In this document: piece after piece, positions 10,867-21,820 of the stretch
Layout: each line of letters begins with the position of its first letter
Numbering within the stretch: position 1 is the first letter of the stretch
NCBI GenBank assembly: GCA_963693055.1
Contig: OY843751.1
Span: forward strand, 3,296,001-3,360,000
DNA: 64,000 bases
Direction: 5' to 3'
Source of the DNA: a bacterium
Lineage (GTDB): Bacteria; Zhuqueibacterota; Zhuqueibacteria; Residuimicrobiales; Krinioviventaceae
Notes under the pieces: generated by a model
Database searches by the model: none
Told to the model about the DNA's origin: nothing
Seen by the model: only the letters and a program-made list of their open reading frames with translations
Translations under genes and position numbers: made by a program

Positions 10867-12129
10867 TTATGGAAAAATGCCGCGTGCTTCAACTGCTTTG
10901 GCAACCCGCTGCACAGCGATCATCATAGCAGCATTTCTCAAATCTGTTTTTTCCTGTTGCGATAATTTCCAAACAGCATCAAAACTTTGTACCATAACCC
11001 TGCGTAAATTCTGGTTTACTTCATCTTCATCCCAGAAAAAGGATTGGATACTCTGCACCCACTCAAAATAGGATACAACAACACCACCGCTATTAGCTAA
11101 AATATCCGGAACTACATACTTTCCTTTTTCTACAAGATATCTTTCAGCTTCGGGGGTTGTCGGACCGTTAGCGCCTTCAACAATAGCATAGGCCTTGATC
11201 TTTTCACAATTATCAATTGTGATTTGCTTTTCCAACGCCGCAGGTACAATAACATCTACATCAAGTTCAAAAATCTCAGACGGGTCAATTTTACTCACAC
11301 CCGGTGCTGTAAAGCCTTCCAGGTGATGATGGCGATTTTTCTGACAATGTTCAATCATATCAGAAATTGGCAATCCCTCCGGACAATAATATGCACCCGT
11401 TACATCACTAACCGCATGCACTTTACATCCTTCTTTTGCCAACAGGTCTGCACTAACTGAACCTACATTACCAAAACCCTGAATGGCGACACTTGTTTGT
11501 TTAGGATCTTTATCCAGTCGATTCAAGAGTTCAAGAGTATTAAACATAACACCACGACCGGTTGCCTCACGTCTTCCCAATGAGCCTCCCAGTTCAATGG
11601 ATTTGCCTGTCACAATATCAAGAACTGTGGAACCGTGAAACATACTGACAGTATCCATAATATAACCCATTGTTTCGGCATTCGTGCCAACATCGGGAGC
11701 GGGGATATCCTGATGGGGACCAATAATAGGCATAATAGCAACGGTATAACGTCTTGTTAGCCTGCGTAGTTCATCAGGAGATAATTGTGTAGGATCTACC
11801 TGCACACCACCTTTACCACCACCATAAGGTATATTTACCACCGCACATTTCCAGGTCATCCACATTGCCAGCGCTTTCACCTCGTCAAGATTTACACCCT
11901 GATGAAATCGGATACCGCCCTTACAGGGACCACGCGCATGGGAATGTTGAACCCGGTAACCACAAAACACTTCAATCCGGCCGTCATCCATAACTACCGG
12001 AAGAGCGACGGTCAAAGCCCTTTCCGGAAAGCTAAGCACACCTAACGTGCTTGGGCTGAGGTTGAGTTTTGTTGCAGCAGACTCTAACTGCTCAAGAGCC
12101 ATGTCGAACACACTGGAATTTGGCATCAC
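10867..12129 (-). CDS. gdhA: Glutamate dehydrogenase (Glu/Leu/Phe/Val family)
   Basis: [47 protein letters not shown]. Confidence 0.92.
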   Translation of the reverse strand: MMPNSSVFDMALEQLESAATKLNLSPSTLGVLSFPERALTVALPVVMDDGRIEVFCGYRVQHSHARGPCKGGIRFHQGVNLDEVKALAMWMTWKCAVVNIPYGGGKGGVQVDPTQLSPDELRRLTRRYTVAIMPIIGPHQDIPAPDVGTNAETMGYIMDTVSMFHGSTVLDIVTGKSIELGGSLGRREATGRGVMFNTLELLNRLDKDPKQTSVAIQGFGNVGSVSADLLAKEGCKVHAVSDVTGAYYCPEGLPISDMIEHCQKNRHHHLEGFTAPGVSKIDPSEIFELDVDVIVPAALEKQITIDNCEKIKAYAIVEGANGPTTPEAERYLVEKGKYVVPDILANSGGVVVSYFEWVQSIQSFFWDEDEVNQNLRRVMVQSFDAVWKLSQQEKTDLRNAAMMIAVQRVAKAVEARGIFP

Positions 12130-12938
12130 GCCCTCCCATTTTTGTGTGGTTTTTGGATTATATAATACGCAGACATGGTTACAAAATCCCTGATATAAGG
12201 CAAACGGGATATGAAACCATTCTGCAGCCTTGGCTTCATATTGAATTTATATTTATAAATCGGTGCAACAAAATAAAATAACCGTTTGATGAGTTTGTAT
12301 TGATTTCTTTTTAAAATACGTTCAAAACGCTCTATTGATATTCCTGTTTCTTTTATTTCTAATAATGCCTCAATTTTATCCTCGGTTTCCCCAAAACCTT
12401 TTAAAGCTAACCTGTACATAAATTGGGGTAAAAGATGATAATAAGGAAGTTTGGCAGCTAACCGGTTTACGCAGATTTGCTGATGTCCGCCAAAGGGCAT
12501 GGCAAAAGGTGGAAAGCCAAAAAACACAAATCCACCCGGATTCAGAAAATCTAGCAAACGAGCCATAAAGCGTTCCTGGTCATGAATATGTTCTATTACA
12601 TCTTTAAGAATAACGAGATCAAACTTTGTTTCAATTTCAGTATCAAAATCCACATCATATATATTTTTAGAAAAAAACCTTACCTGCCCTGATTCGTATT
12701 CTGCTTTGGTAAATTGCTTGGCAAGCTCAACCCGACTGGGAGAGAGTTCAACGCCAACGCACTGACAACCAAAATCCAAAAAGGATTTCAACACACCGGC
12801 TTCTGCACAGCCTATTTCTAGAACATGGGTTTTATTATTCAGATTTAAATATGGAGAAATAAATGGGATTATTGAATCACGAGAGTTGTTATACTGCATT
12901 TCAAAATAGTGCTTTTTATCGGAATGAAAATCGTACAT
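12126..12938 (-). CDS. Class I SAM-dependent methyltransferase
   Basis: VLEIGCAEAG motif I, FDLVILKDVIEHI, LNPGG. Confidence 0.85.
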   Translation of the reverse strand: MYDFHSDKKHYFEMQYNNSRDSIIPFISPYLNLNNKTHVLEIGCAEAGVLKSFLDFGCQCVGVELSPSRVELAKQFTKAEYESGQVRFFSKNIYDVDFDTEIETKFDLVILKDVIEHIHDQERFMARLLDFLNPGGFVFFGFPPFAMPFGGHQQICVNRLAAKLPYYHLLPQFMYRLALKGFGETEDKIEALLEIKETGISIERFERILKRNQYKLIKRLFYFVAPIYKYKFNMKPRLQNGFISRLPYIRDFVTMSAYYIIQKPHKNGRA

Positions 12939-12950
12939 AAAGTTCGGGTC

Positions 12951-13388
12951 CTAACTCATCCATGATAATGGATCATTCTTAACCTTGTCCATCTTGCGGC
13001 GTTCCTTTTTGGTTGGCCGGCCTTTGTATTTGGGTTTCAACTGTTTTGTAGATTTATAGTGAAGACCAATTAGCTCTTTAGCCTCATCAGATAATTCCAG
13101 TTCCTCCTTGACATACATTTCTCGGGCATCTTTTGCAGACACATTTTTATGCGCAAGCCCGGATATTGTATAGTTGATATACTGACCACCTTTTTGCTTG
13201 ATTGTCAATACATCTCCAATATGTATCATCTTTGAGGGCTTGGCAACCTCATTATTGACCTTGACTTTACGGTCATCACAGGCACGGGTAGCCTGGGCCC
13301 GCGTTTTAAACAAGCAGGAAATATTCAGCCATTTATCAAGACGCTGCTGTTCGGCTTTATCAAAAATAATTTTATCTTCAATGCTCAT
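12951..13388 (-). CDS. hslR: Ribosome-associated heat shock protein Hsp15 (S4 domain)
   Basis: RLDKWL...FKTRAQA...KPSK S4 domain and C-terminal GRPTKKERR. Confidence 0.88.
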   Translation of the reverse strand: MSIEDKIIFDKAEQQRLDKWLNISCLFKTRAQATRACDDRKVKVNNEVAKPSKMIHIGDVLTIKQKGGQYINYTISGLAHKNVSAKDAREMYVKEELELSDEAKELIGLHYKSTKQLKPKYKGRPTKKERRKMDKVKNDPLSWMS

Positions 13389-13390
13389 GT

Positions 13391-14359
13391 CTAAAAAATT
13401 TCAACCTTTAGGTAGCGTTGTGGATTTTTACGAACATCTTTGACCAAACTGTCAAGTTCCGTGGTTATGCGGGTCATATCATTATACAAATCTTCATTAC
13501 TTATAGCCTTACCTACAGAACCCTCACCCTTTTCAATTTTTGTAATGATTGAATTCAGTTTAGAGACCGATGTATCAATCTTGTTATACATCTCAGGATC
13601 AGAAATTAATCGAGCAGCTGTTCCCTGTCCGGTTTTCAAACTGTCTGATAATTCCTTCATATTTTTAACAGACTCTGCAATATTGATGGCAAAAGTAGAG
13701 TCCGTAAGCAGCATATTTAAAGTACCTTCACTGTTTGCAACCTGCGAGCCAATCAGCTCAACCAGATTCAATAGACGGTCAAGACTAAAATAAATACGTG
13801 GATCATTAACAATCAAACCCAGCGTACCTTTACCGGAATTGATTTTACCACTAATTTCTTCAATTTCTTTGGTAGCACGTTTAAGTCCATTTACAACATT
13901 TACACCTTCATCAATGATTTTTTCAACATCTATTGGGTCAGAACTTTTCAATAATTCATTATTTTGTAATACAGGTTGATCGAGTGAACCCATGGTCAGG
14001 CCAATAAATTTGTCTCCCAACAGGCCCAGGGTACCAATATGCGCTTCAGAATCCTGACGAATACGATTCTGTACTGTTTTATCGATTTCCAGTACAACTT
14101 CAATCTTTTGGTCTTCCAGATCGCTTGAAAAGTCAACCCCAACAACACTACCCACTCTAACACCAGCAAGTCGAACAGGAGCTCCGGACTGTAGACCATT
14201 TACCCGAGACATTAAAACCCGTAATTGATAACGGTCACTCAAAAGTCCTTGTTGGTTCCCCACAGACATAATGGCAAATATTATAATTGCTATTCCAACA
14301 AGTATTGTAATGCCCACTTTAATTTCATGCCGTTTTTCGGCTTGTTCTCTATTACTCAT
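13391..14359 (-). CDS. mlaD: MlaD/MCE-family protein with helical C-terminal extension
   Basis: N-terminal TM helix, GLQSGAPVRLAGVRVGSV, GLLGDKFI, repeated G(K/E)GTL segments. Confidence 0.88.
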   Translation of the reverse strand: MSNREQAEKRHEIKVGITILVGIAIIIFAIMSVGNQQGLLSDRYQLRVLMSRVNGLQSGAPVRLAGVRVGSVVGVDFSSDLEDQKIEVVLEIDKTVQNRIRQDSEAHIGTLGLLGDKFIGLTMGSLDQPVLQNNELLKSSDPIDVEKIIDEGVNVVNGLKRATKEIEEISGKINSGKGTLGLIVNDPRIYFSLDRLLNLVELIGSQVANSEGTLNMLLTDSTFAINIAESVKNMKELSDSLKTGQGTAARLISDPEMYNKIDTSVSKLNSIITKIEKGEGSVGKAISNEDLYNDMTRITTELDSLVKDVRKNPQRYLKVEIF

Positions 14360-15105
14360 TTTGGACCCGCTATAAATCGTTGAACAAATTCATTTTGACT
14401 TGATTTAATTTCCGCAATAGTACCTATTTCAATAATTGCGCCATCATTAATAACCGCAACCCGGTCAGCTACACTAAACCCACTATCCAACTCGTGGGTT
14501 ACTACTATGGATGTAACACCCAGTTCTTTTTGAGTTTTTCGAATCAATGCATTAATAGTAGTAGCCGTAATCGGATCCAATCCGGTTGTAGGCTCATCAT
14601 ATAACATAATCTGTGGCTGACTTGCCATAGCACGCGCAAGGGCTGCTCTTTTTTTCATCCCGCCTGATAAACTGGCAGGCATTAATTTTTCTGTACCTTT
14701 AAGATCTACAAATTCCAGATTTCTTTTTACAATTTCTTCTATTTGTGCCGGTTTCATTTTGGTGTGTTCTTTTAAAGAATAGCCAACATTGTCACCCACA
14801 GTTAATGAGTCAAACAATGCCGCACCTTGAAAGAGCATGCCAATTTTTTGACGTATAGGAAACAATGCGTTTTCCTGTAATTCTGTGATCTCGTCGCCAT
14901 CAACATATACCTGCCCGGAATCCGCAGGCAATAAACCGAGTAAAATTTTCAGCATTACACTCTTGCCACATCCGCTACGTCCCAAAATTACCAGAGTTTC
15001 ACCACGATATATGGAAAGATTTAATCCCTGTAATACATGTTTATCACCAAAGGATTTGTAAACATTCTGAAAATCAATTATGTAATCTCGGTTTTCTATC
15101 ATCAA
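14356..15105 (-). CDS. mlaF: MlaF-type ABC transporter ATPase
   Basis: GRSGCGKS, FQGAALFDSL, LSGGMKKR, YDEPTTGLDP. Confidence 0.9.
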   Translation of the reverse strand: MMIENRDYIIDFQNVYKSFGDKHVLQGLNLSIYRGETLVILGRSGCGKSVMLKILLGLLPADSGQVYVDGDEITELQENALFPIRQKIGMLFQGAALFDSLTVGDNVGYSLKEHTKMKPAQIEEIVKRNLEFVDLKGTEKLMPASLSGGMKKRAALARAMASQPQIMLYDEPTTGLDPITATTINALIRKTQKELGVTSIVVTHELDSGFSVADRVAVINDGAIIEIGTIAEIKSSQNEFVQRFIAGPK

Positions 15106-15108
15106 ATT

Positions 15109-15882
15109 CTACATCCAGGAAATGGACAAAATCAGCTTTGTTATAAAAAAGTCTAATACAAATATTAAAATTGAAGAAACAACAACAGATTGCGTAGTAG
15201 CTTCACCCACACCCTTGGTACCACCTTGCGCATTAAAGCCCATATAACAGCTAACAATTGCTATGGTAATGCCAAACACAAAAGGTTTGATCATGCCGGT
15301 TATTAAATCACCAAAACCCAAAGCACGGGTTACCGTTTTCCAATAAAATGAGGAACTGATTCCTAACGAACTGGTGGCTATTAAAAGACCACCTAAAATT
15401 CCAACCATATCACCAATTACGGTCAAAACAGGCAGCATTATAGCCAAAGCTTTTAATCGGGTTGATGCAAGTTTTCGGATAGGATTGGTTCCCAGGGCCT
15501 TCATCGCATCCAGCTGTTCGGTTACTTTCATTGATCCTAGCTCTGCAGCAATACCAGCCCCAACACGACCGGCAACCACCAATGAGACCAAGACTGGTCC
15601 CAGTTCACGAACCAGTGAAACACTGACCAATGTACCTACATACATTTTAGCGCCATAAACAGCCATTTCATAGCCGGACTGTAGCGTTAAAACCATCCCT
15701 GTAAACCCGGAAGTCATTAATATAATTAATAATGACCGTACACCTATACTGTGCATTTGATCAAATGTGTCTTTGATATAAAATGGTCGGCTAAAAATAT
15801 TGTAGGTAGCCCTGCCAAATAATTCAGCAAGTCCATGCAGGTGCACAAGAAATTCTATAAAAGTATGATATGCTCGTTTCAA
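15109..15882 (-). CDS. mlaE: MlaE-type ABC transporter permease
   Basis: RELGPV, GRVGAGIAAELGSMKVTEQLDA, GVGEATTQSVV; TTG start. Confidence 0.92.
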   Translation of the reverse strand: MKRAYHTFIEFLVHLHGLAELFGRATYNIFSRPFYIKDTFDQMHSIGVRSLLIILMTSGFTGMVLTLQSGYEMAVYGAKMYVGTLVSVSLVRELGPVLVSLVVAGRVGAGIAAELGSMKVTEQLDAMKALGTNPIRKLASTRLKALAIMLPVLTVIGDMVGILGGLLIATSSLGISSSFYWKTVTRALGFGDLITGMIKPFVFGITIAIVSCYMGFNAQGGTKGVGEATTQSVVVSSILIFVLDFFITKLILSISWM

Positions 15883-15987
15883 ATTAAATTTACTTTAATT
15901 TTTTTATTAAAATCCATAAAAAACAATGTGATAAAAAAAAAGGTATTTTGCAAATATTTCTTGAAAAATCTTTATTATAAAACACTG

Positions 15988-16728
15988 CTAATCCTCTAAT
16001 GTTCCATTTACAAGGGGTACATTTTTTCTAATCAACACGGTTATACCAGCCATTAGCAAATATATCAATATTAAATTATGAATAGGATTTTTCAAAAGAA
16101 CAATATGCATCTTGAACAACAAGAAAATAAAACCAGACATTATTAAAAACAATAAAGCAGAAATATTGGCAAAAAAGGTAAATCCAAGATTCCCATCCTG
16201 AAAAGCATCAATCATAAATCCAATACCACCGCCAATTACAACAATAATCAATAAAAACACAAAACAAGCCAGAGAAATGACTATACTTGTCAAAATCATC
16301 AAAGATTTTGAATATTTATGAATAAAACTGCTAACTTTTAAAGGTTCAATTACAATAGGTTCATCCGAATCTAGCTCAAGTTCACTGATTTTGAAGGATT
16401 CTATATCATTATTTGTTTTTATAACCAGCAAACTTTCAGAAATTAATACAGAGTTTTGAACGGTAGATTCAAAATAATCCAGATCGGGTTCTTTTTCACA
16501 AATAATCTCTACCGAATTACCGACTGTCAATTTAACAGGAACAGGATCAAGAAAAACAAGTTTATGATCATCCAGCTCTATTCTGGGAAAAGGCTCAACA
16601 AAAGCTTGCCTGTAAAGTGAGATATATTCCATTCCCCTGTTAAACAATGGAACAATTACCAACAATGCAAATAATACCGTGTTGGCCAAAACAATTAAAA
16701 AATAATATTTCTTGTTAATCACATGCAA
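15988..16728 (-). CDS. Hypothetical membrane protein
   Basis: One N-terminal TM helix, a soluble loop and about three C-terminal TM segments. Confidence 0.65.
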   Translation of the reverse strand: MHVINKKYYFLIVLANTVLFALLVIVPLFNRGMEYISLYRQAFVEPFPRIELDDHKLVFLDPVPVKLTVGNSVEIICEKEPDLDYFESTVQNSVLISESLLVIKTNNDIESFKISELELDSDEPIVIEPLKVSSFIHKYSKSLMILTSIVISLACFVFLLIIVVIGGGIGFMIDAFQDGNLGFTFFANISALLFLIMSGFIFLLFKMHIVLLKNPIHNLILIYLLMAGITVLIRKNVPLVNGTLED

Positions 16729-16735
16729 ACCTGAT

Positions 16736-17809
16736 TCAATACTCTCTCAACTCTTCCTGACCATTTAACACTCGCAAAACACCCTGCGCCATTGCATCCA
16801 TTTCCAACTCGCCGGGAAAAACAAAGACAGGAGCAATAAACATAATACGTCCGGTAACTTCGGTAATTAATCGATTTGAATTTGCAAGTCCACCAGTCAA
16901 GACAATAGCCTTAACATCACCATTAACAACAGTTGCCATTGCGCCTATTTCTTTGGCAATCTGATAGCACATGGCAAAAAAGACATTCTTTGCCAATTCG
17001 TCACCATCCTGAATGCGTTGCTCTATAACCTGCATATCTTTGGTGCCAAGGTATGCCTTTAGACCACCTTTGCTCATGACCATTTCTTTCATGTCATGAT
17101 TGCCGTATTTGCCTGAGAAACACATATCAATAAAGGGCATAAGTGGTAATGCACCGGTGCGTTCAGGTGAAAAAGGTCCCGCGCTTGAAGCATCGTTCAC
17201 ATCAATCACCCTGCCATTTCGCACAGGAGCAATTGAGATACCTCCACCCAAATGTGCAACAATAAAGTTATTTTTACTGGCATCAATATCCAGCTTTTCA
17301 GCAGCCCAGTATGTAGCTGCACGCAAGTTTAAAGAATGTGACAATGAACGTCTTTCCATTAACGGATGTCCGGAATACCTGGCAACAGGTTCAAACTCAT
17401 CAACGGATACAGGATCAACAGTATACGCAGGACAACTAAATTTTGTTGCAATTTTATCTGCAAGAGCACATCCTAAATTGGATACATGTGCACCCCGGTG
17501 CCCTTCGCGGGCGTCTTTTATCATCTGCTGATCAACTTTATAGGTGCCCCGTTTGAGTGGTTTGAGAATTCCACCACGCCCAACTACAGCATCAAGGGGA
17601 TCCGTTAATTCCTGATCTGCAAGAAAATCTTCAATTGCATTAGTACGATATTCAAACTGGCTCCAAAGAGAATTAAACCTGCCAAGTTCTCGCTCATCAT
17701 GTTTAATGTTCTCTGAAGCTATCACTTTTTTACCTGCATACAATGCAACTTTGGTTGAAGTAGAGCCAGGATTTATTACAAGAATTAAAGCTTTATCATT
17801 TTGGGTCAA
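16736..17809 (-). CDS. buk: Butyrate kinase (second paralogue)
   Basis: INPGSTSTK, GRGG, HVSNLG, VDPVSVDE, HLGGGIS, GPFSPERTG. Confidence 0.93.
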   Translation of the reverse strand: MTQNDKALILVINPGSTSTKVALYAGKKVIASENIKHDERELGRFNSLWSQFEYRTNAIEDFLADQELTDPLDAVVGRGGILKPLKRGTYKVDQQMIKDAREGHRGAHVSNLGCALADKIATKFSCPAYTVDPVSVDEFEPVARYSGHPLMERRSLSHSLNLRAATYWAAEKLDIDASKNNFIVAHLGGGISIAPVRNGRVIDVNDASSAGPFSPERTGALPLMPFIDMCFSGKYGNHDMKEMVMSKGGLKAYLGTKDMQVIEQRIQDGDELAKNVFFAMCYQIAKEIGAMATVVNGDVKAIVLTGGLANSNRLITEVTGRIMFIAPVFVFPGELEMDAMAQGVLRVLNGQEELREY

Positions 17810-17891
17810 TTCTTTACTCCTTTAATTGGATATTTTATGGAATTTTCCCTGGTTTTTGCACAATATATAAAAAGGTTCTGTTACAAACAAG

Positions 17892-17922
17892 AAAAAAGGG
17901 AAAGGCTAAAGCCTTTCCCTTT
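17892..17922 (-). terminator. Rho-independent terminator after the first hydrogenase operon
   Basis: AAAGGGAAAGGCT-AA-AGCCTTTCCCTTT stem with a T-run on the minus strand. Confidence 0.85.
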
Positions 17923-17926
17923 GCAA

Positions 17927-19666
17927 TTATGCTGCGTTTTCTTTATAGATGCTTTTTTTATCATAATGTGTATGAAGCAGTTCATGTGCTTTGTGACCAT
18001 TAGGTTCACCCAGCCATTCTTCATACAATTTCATAACAGCAGGATTCTCATGAGATTTACGGATCTCCATTTTACGGTCTTGCAGATAAATAGCTTCAGC
18101 GCGTTTCTTGCGGATTTCTTCAGAAGTGGGGATCGGTTGACCACCACCACCAATACAACCACCGGGACAAGCCATAATTTCAATAAAATGATATTCAGCT
18201 TCACCGGCTGCAATTTTGTCTAACAATTTACGTGCATTTGCTAAACCGTTAGAAACAGCAGCTTTAACTTTTAAACCGTTCAGGTCTATTTCTGCTTCTT
18301 TAATACCTTCTAAACCTCGAACATCTTTGATCTCTACATCATCAAGTGTCTTTTCGGTAACAATTTCATAAACGGTACGTAATGCAGCTTCCATTACACC
18401 ACCGGTATTACCAAAAATAACAGCAGCACCTGTAGAGATACCCAATGGATCATCGTACTCTTCTTCATGCAGATCAGGTAAATTGATACCAACCTGTTTC
18501 ATCATTACAGCTGCTTCACGTGTGGTCAATACAGCGTCCACATCCTGAAAACCGCTGTCATTCATTTCCGGACGTCCACATTCATATTTCTTGGCAGTAC
18601 AAGGCATGATGGATACACAATAAATATCTTTAGGATCAATGCCATTCTTTTCAGCATAATATGTTTTTGCCAAAGCGCCAAACATCTGCTGTGGAGATTT
18701 ACATGAAGATACATGCGGCAACAAATCAGGATAAAAATGTTCAATAAAATTTATCCAGCCGGGGCTACATGAAGTTAACAATGGCAAAGTGCCGCCATTC
18801 TTTACACGACCCAACAGCTCTGTACCTTCTTCCATAATGGTTAAATCTGCGGTAAAGTCTGTATCAAAAACTTTATCGAATCCCAACATTCTCAAACCAG
18901 TAACAAACTGATTGGTAACCAGAGAACCGGCAGGCATACCAAACATTTCGCCAATTGACGCGCGAACTGCGGGTGCAGTTTGAACAACAACATGTTTTGT
19001 AGGATCATCCAAAGCTGCCCAAACGCGTGCTGTATGATCATTTTCATACAATGCACCAACAGGACAACGATCGATACATTGACCACAGGAAACACAGGCA
19101 ACATCGCCAATGCCTTTACCAAATGGAGTATCAACCCAAACTTCGTATCCACGGCCTTCAAGACCAATTGCGCTAACACTCTGTACCAGTTCACAAGTCT
19201 GGATACAACGGCGGCACAAGATACATTTGGAAGGATCACGAACGATAGCCGCACTGGAAAGGTCCAGTTCACCCTTACGTTCATGATATTCAAAACGATT
19301 TTCACGCAAACCCAATTGTTCTGCGGCATCCTGCAATTCACAGAAATTATTGCGAACACATTCAGTACATTTCATGGGATGACGAGACAATAACAATTCG
19401 AGTGCCATTTTGCGAGAGTCGCGAACTGATTGGGTGCGTGTTGAAACATTCATCCCCTCCTTACATTGCCATGAGCAAGCAGTGCGTAACAAACGATCAC
19501 CTTCAACCTCTACAACACATAAACGACATGCAGATACCGGCGGTAAATCTGGATGATAGCATAAACGGGGGATTTTGATATTTAATTTTTCTGCTGCTTC
19601 TAGAACAGTCGTACCCTTGGGTACTGTTACTGTTTTACCATCTATTGTTAATGTGATATTTTCCAC
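17927..19666 (-). CDS. hydA: [FeFe]-hydrogenase group A catalytic subunit (HndD/HydA type), copy 1
   Basis: H-cluster motifs TSCSPGW, MPCTAKKYE, EIMACPGGCIGGGGQP; N-terminal 2Fe-2S, His-ligated 4Fe-4S (HPMKCTEC) and 2x4Fe-4S. Confidence 0.96.
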   Translation of the reverse strand: MENITLTIDGKTVTVPKGTTVLEAAEKLNIKIPRLCYHPDLPPVSACRLCVVEVEGDRLLRTACSWQCKEGMNVSTRTQSVRDSRKMALELLLSRHPMKCTECVRNNFCELQDAAEQLGLRENRFEYHERKGELDLSSAAIVRDPSKCILCRRCIQTCELVQSVSAIGLEGRGYEVWVDTPFGKGIGDVACVSCGQCIDRCPVGALYENDHTARVWAALDDPTKHVVVQTAPAVRASIGEMFGMPAGSLVTNQFVTGLRMLGFDKVFDTDFTADLTIMEEGTELLGRVKNGGTLPLLTSCSPGWINFIEHFYPDLLPHVSSCKSPQQMFGALAKTYYAEKNGIDPKDIYCVSIMPCTAKKYECGRPEMNDSGFQDVDAVLTTREAAVMMKQVGINLPDLHEEEYDDPLGISTGAAVIFGNTGGVMEAALRTVYEIVTEKTLDDVEIKDVRGLEGIKEAEIDLNGLKVKAAVSNGLANARKLLDKIAAGEAEYHFIEIMACPGGCIGGGGQPIPTSEEIRKKRAEAIYLQDRKMEIRKSHENPAVMKLYEEWLGEPNGHKAHELLHTHYDKKSIYKENAA

Positions 19667-19718
19667 ATTTAACCTCCATTGTGCGTATTATAACGTTAAA
19701 CTCAACATACATTATTTG

Positions 19719-21308
19719 TTAAGCCACAGCTTCCGGTTGTTTTACCAATTTTTCGAATTCAGGGCGGAAATGTTTCAGCGTTCCCAGAATAGGTACAGGA
19801 GCAGCCTGACCTAATCCACAGAACGCACCCTTCATCATGACTACTGCAAGTTCTTCAATCATATCGATGTCTTTGATCTCGCCTTTACCACTGCTCAATT
19901 TTTCAAGACGCTCCAATAAACGGCCTGTTCCTTCACGGCAAAGTGTACATTTACCACAAGATTCATGATTAAAGAATTCTACAAAATTGGTTACCAGATC
20001 AACAATTTCCTGATCTTCATCAACAACCAGTAAAGCACCTGAACCCAAACCTGAGCCAATTTCGCGCAAGTTTTCAACTGCCAATGGCAGGTCCAGATGT
20101 TCGGAGGTTAAAATACCACCAGTAGTTCCACCCATTTGGGCGAGTTTAAAGCCTTTACCATTGGGAATGCCCTGACCGATATCATAAATAATTTCTCGCA
20201 GGGTAATGCCCATGGGAACTTCAATAAGGCCGGGATTATTAATATTGCCAACCATGGTAAATACCTTAGTGCCCGGGCTTTTTTCGGTGCCCAGTGACTT
20301 GTACCACTCGGCGCCTTTTAAAACAATCTGAGGAATATTAGCAAGTGTTTCCACGTTATTTACGATTGTCGGTTTTCCCCACAGACCTTCGGAAGGTGGA
20401 AACGGTGGTTTATCACGTGGTTCTCCGCGTTTTCCTTCAATGGATTCTATCAATGCGGTCTCCTCACCACAGATATAAGCGCCGGCCCCTTCACGAATTT
20501 CAAGATCAAATGAAAAATCTGTACCAAACAGATTATCACCCAGTAATCCGTTTTCTTTAGCCTGATCGATAGCGCGCTGCATCCGATCGATGGACATGCG
20601 GTATTCACCACGAATATAAACATAACCTTTGGTTGCACCCACTGCAAAACCTGCAAGTGCCATTCCCTCAATAACTGCATGTGGATCGCCTTCAAGGATC
20701 AGACGGTCTTTAAATGTACCCGGCTCACCTTCGTCAGCATTACATACAATGTATTTTTGCTCAGCGGTTTCTTTGGCAGCAAAATCCCATTTCAAGCCAG
20801 TTGGGAAAAATGCACCACCACGTCCCTGCAGGCCGGATTCTTTAACGGTACTGCGTACAGCATCGGGGTCCATTTCGGTTAATGCTTTACCAAATGCTTC
20901 ATATCCGTCATGAGCAATGTATTCATCAATGTTATCAGGATCAATAACACCGGCATTTTTCAATACTACCCGTATTTGTTTTCCAAAACGAGGTGCAGGT
21001 ACACCTGCGGTCTCTGTTTCAGGAATATCAGTATATTGTAAACGATCAACTTTACGACCTTTGATCAGGTGTTCAGAGATGATTTCAGAAACATCTTCAA
21101 CCTTGACACCGGCATAATATACCGCGTCAGGGAAAACAACCATAACAACACCTTTATTATAAATTCCCAAACTACCAGTTTCAACAACACGGACTTCATC
21201 GGCAAGCGCTGCCATTTTCAGTTCGCGCTCCAATGCGTCTTTGACAGAACGGGCGCCCTGGGCAATTGTATGTCCATCCATTGCAATAAGTATGTGAATC
21301 CTATGCAT
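19719..21308 (-). CDS. hydB: NuoF-like flavin subunit (HndC/HydB), short form
   Basis: GRGGAFFPTG, CNADEGEPGTFKDR, GAGAYICGEET, ESCGKCTLCREG...CGLG. No C-terminal ferredoxin domain; N-terminal Trx-like domain has no Cys. Confidence 0.92.
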   Translation of the reverse strand: MHRIHILIAMDGHTIAQGARSVKDALERELKMAALADEVRVVETGSLGIYNKGVVMVVFPDAVYYAGVKVEDVSEIISEHLIKGRKVDRLQYTDIPETETAGVPAPRFGKQIRVVLKNAGVIDPDNIDEYIAHDGYEAFGKALTEMDPDAVRSTVKESGLQGRGGAFFPTGLKWDFAAKETAEQKYIVCNADEGEPGTFKDRLILEGDPHAVIEGMALAGFAVGATKGYVYIRGEYRMSIDRMQRAIDQAKENGLLGDNLFGTDFSFDLEIREGAGAYICGEETALIESIEGKRGEPRDKPPFPPSEGLWGKPTIVNNVETLANIPQIVLKGAEWYKSLGTEKSPGTKVFTMVGNINNPGLIEVPMGITLREIIYDIGQGIPNGKGFKLAQMGGTTGGILTSEHLDLPLAVENLREIGSGLGSGALLVVDEDQEIVDLVTNFVEFFNHESCGKCTLCREGTGRLLERLEKLSSGKGEIKDIDMIEELAVVMMKGAFCGLGQAAPVPILGTLKHFRPEFEKLVKQPEAVA

Positions 21309-21783
21309 TTGCCTGTCCTTTCATTTTATAGTCTTTTAATATTGCCACTGCTTTTTCCGGAGTAAGATTACCATAAACCTCATCATTGATCATCATAACC
21401 GGTGCAACCGCACAAAGTCCCAAACAGCTTGTAAATTCCAGAGTAAAAAGATTATCGGGAGTGGTTTCATTCATATCAAGACCCAGATATTCTTTAATTT
21501 TTTCCAGAACATCTTTGGAACCTTTAACATGGCAGGGTGCATTGTTGCAGCAACGTACAATATATTTACCTTTATCTTCTGTATTGAACAGACTATAAAA
21601 AGTAGCTACACCATAAATATCTGAAAGTGGTAATTTGGTAGCTTTTGCAACTTGAGTAAGTACGGGTTCAGAGAGGGAACCATACTCTTTTTGAACATCT
21701 TTTAAAATATAAATAAGTGGTGTTTTTGTGTCAGCATAATTTTTGACAATAACATCCACCTTGGTTAAATCTTGCATTCTCAA
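21301..21783 (-). CDS. hydC: NuoE-like 2Fe-2S subunit (HndA/HydC), copy 1
   Basis: YGVATFYSLF, CNNAPCHVKG, CLGLCAVAP. ATG 21777 fits the GGAGG RBS better. Confidence 0.92.
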   Translation of the reverse strand: MRMQDLTKVDVIVKNYADTKTPLIYILKDVQKEYGSLSEPVLTQVAKATKLPLSDIYGVATFYSLFNTEDKGKYIVRCCNNAPCHVKGSKDVLEKIKEYLGLDMNETTPDNLFTLEFTSCLGLCAVAPVMMINDEVYGNLTPEKAVAILKDYKMKGQANA

Positions 21784-21820
21784 CCTCCATAGATTGATTT
21801 TCCAGCGTTGCGGGTATCGT

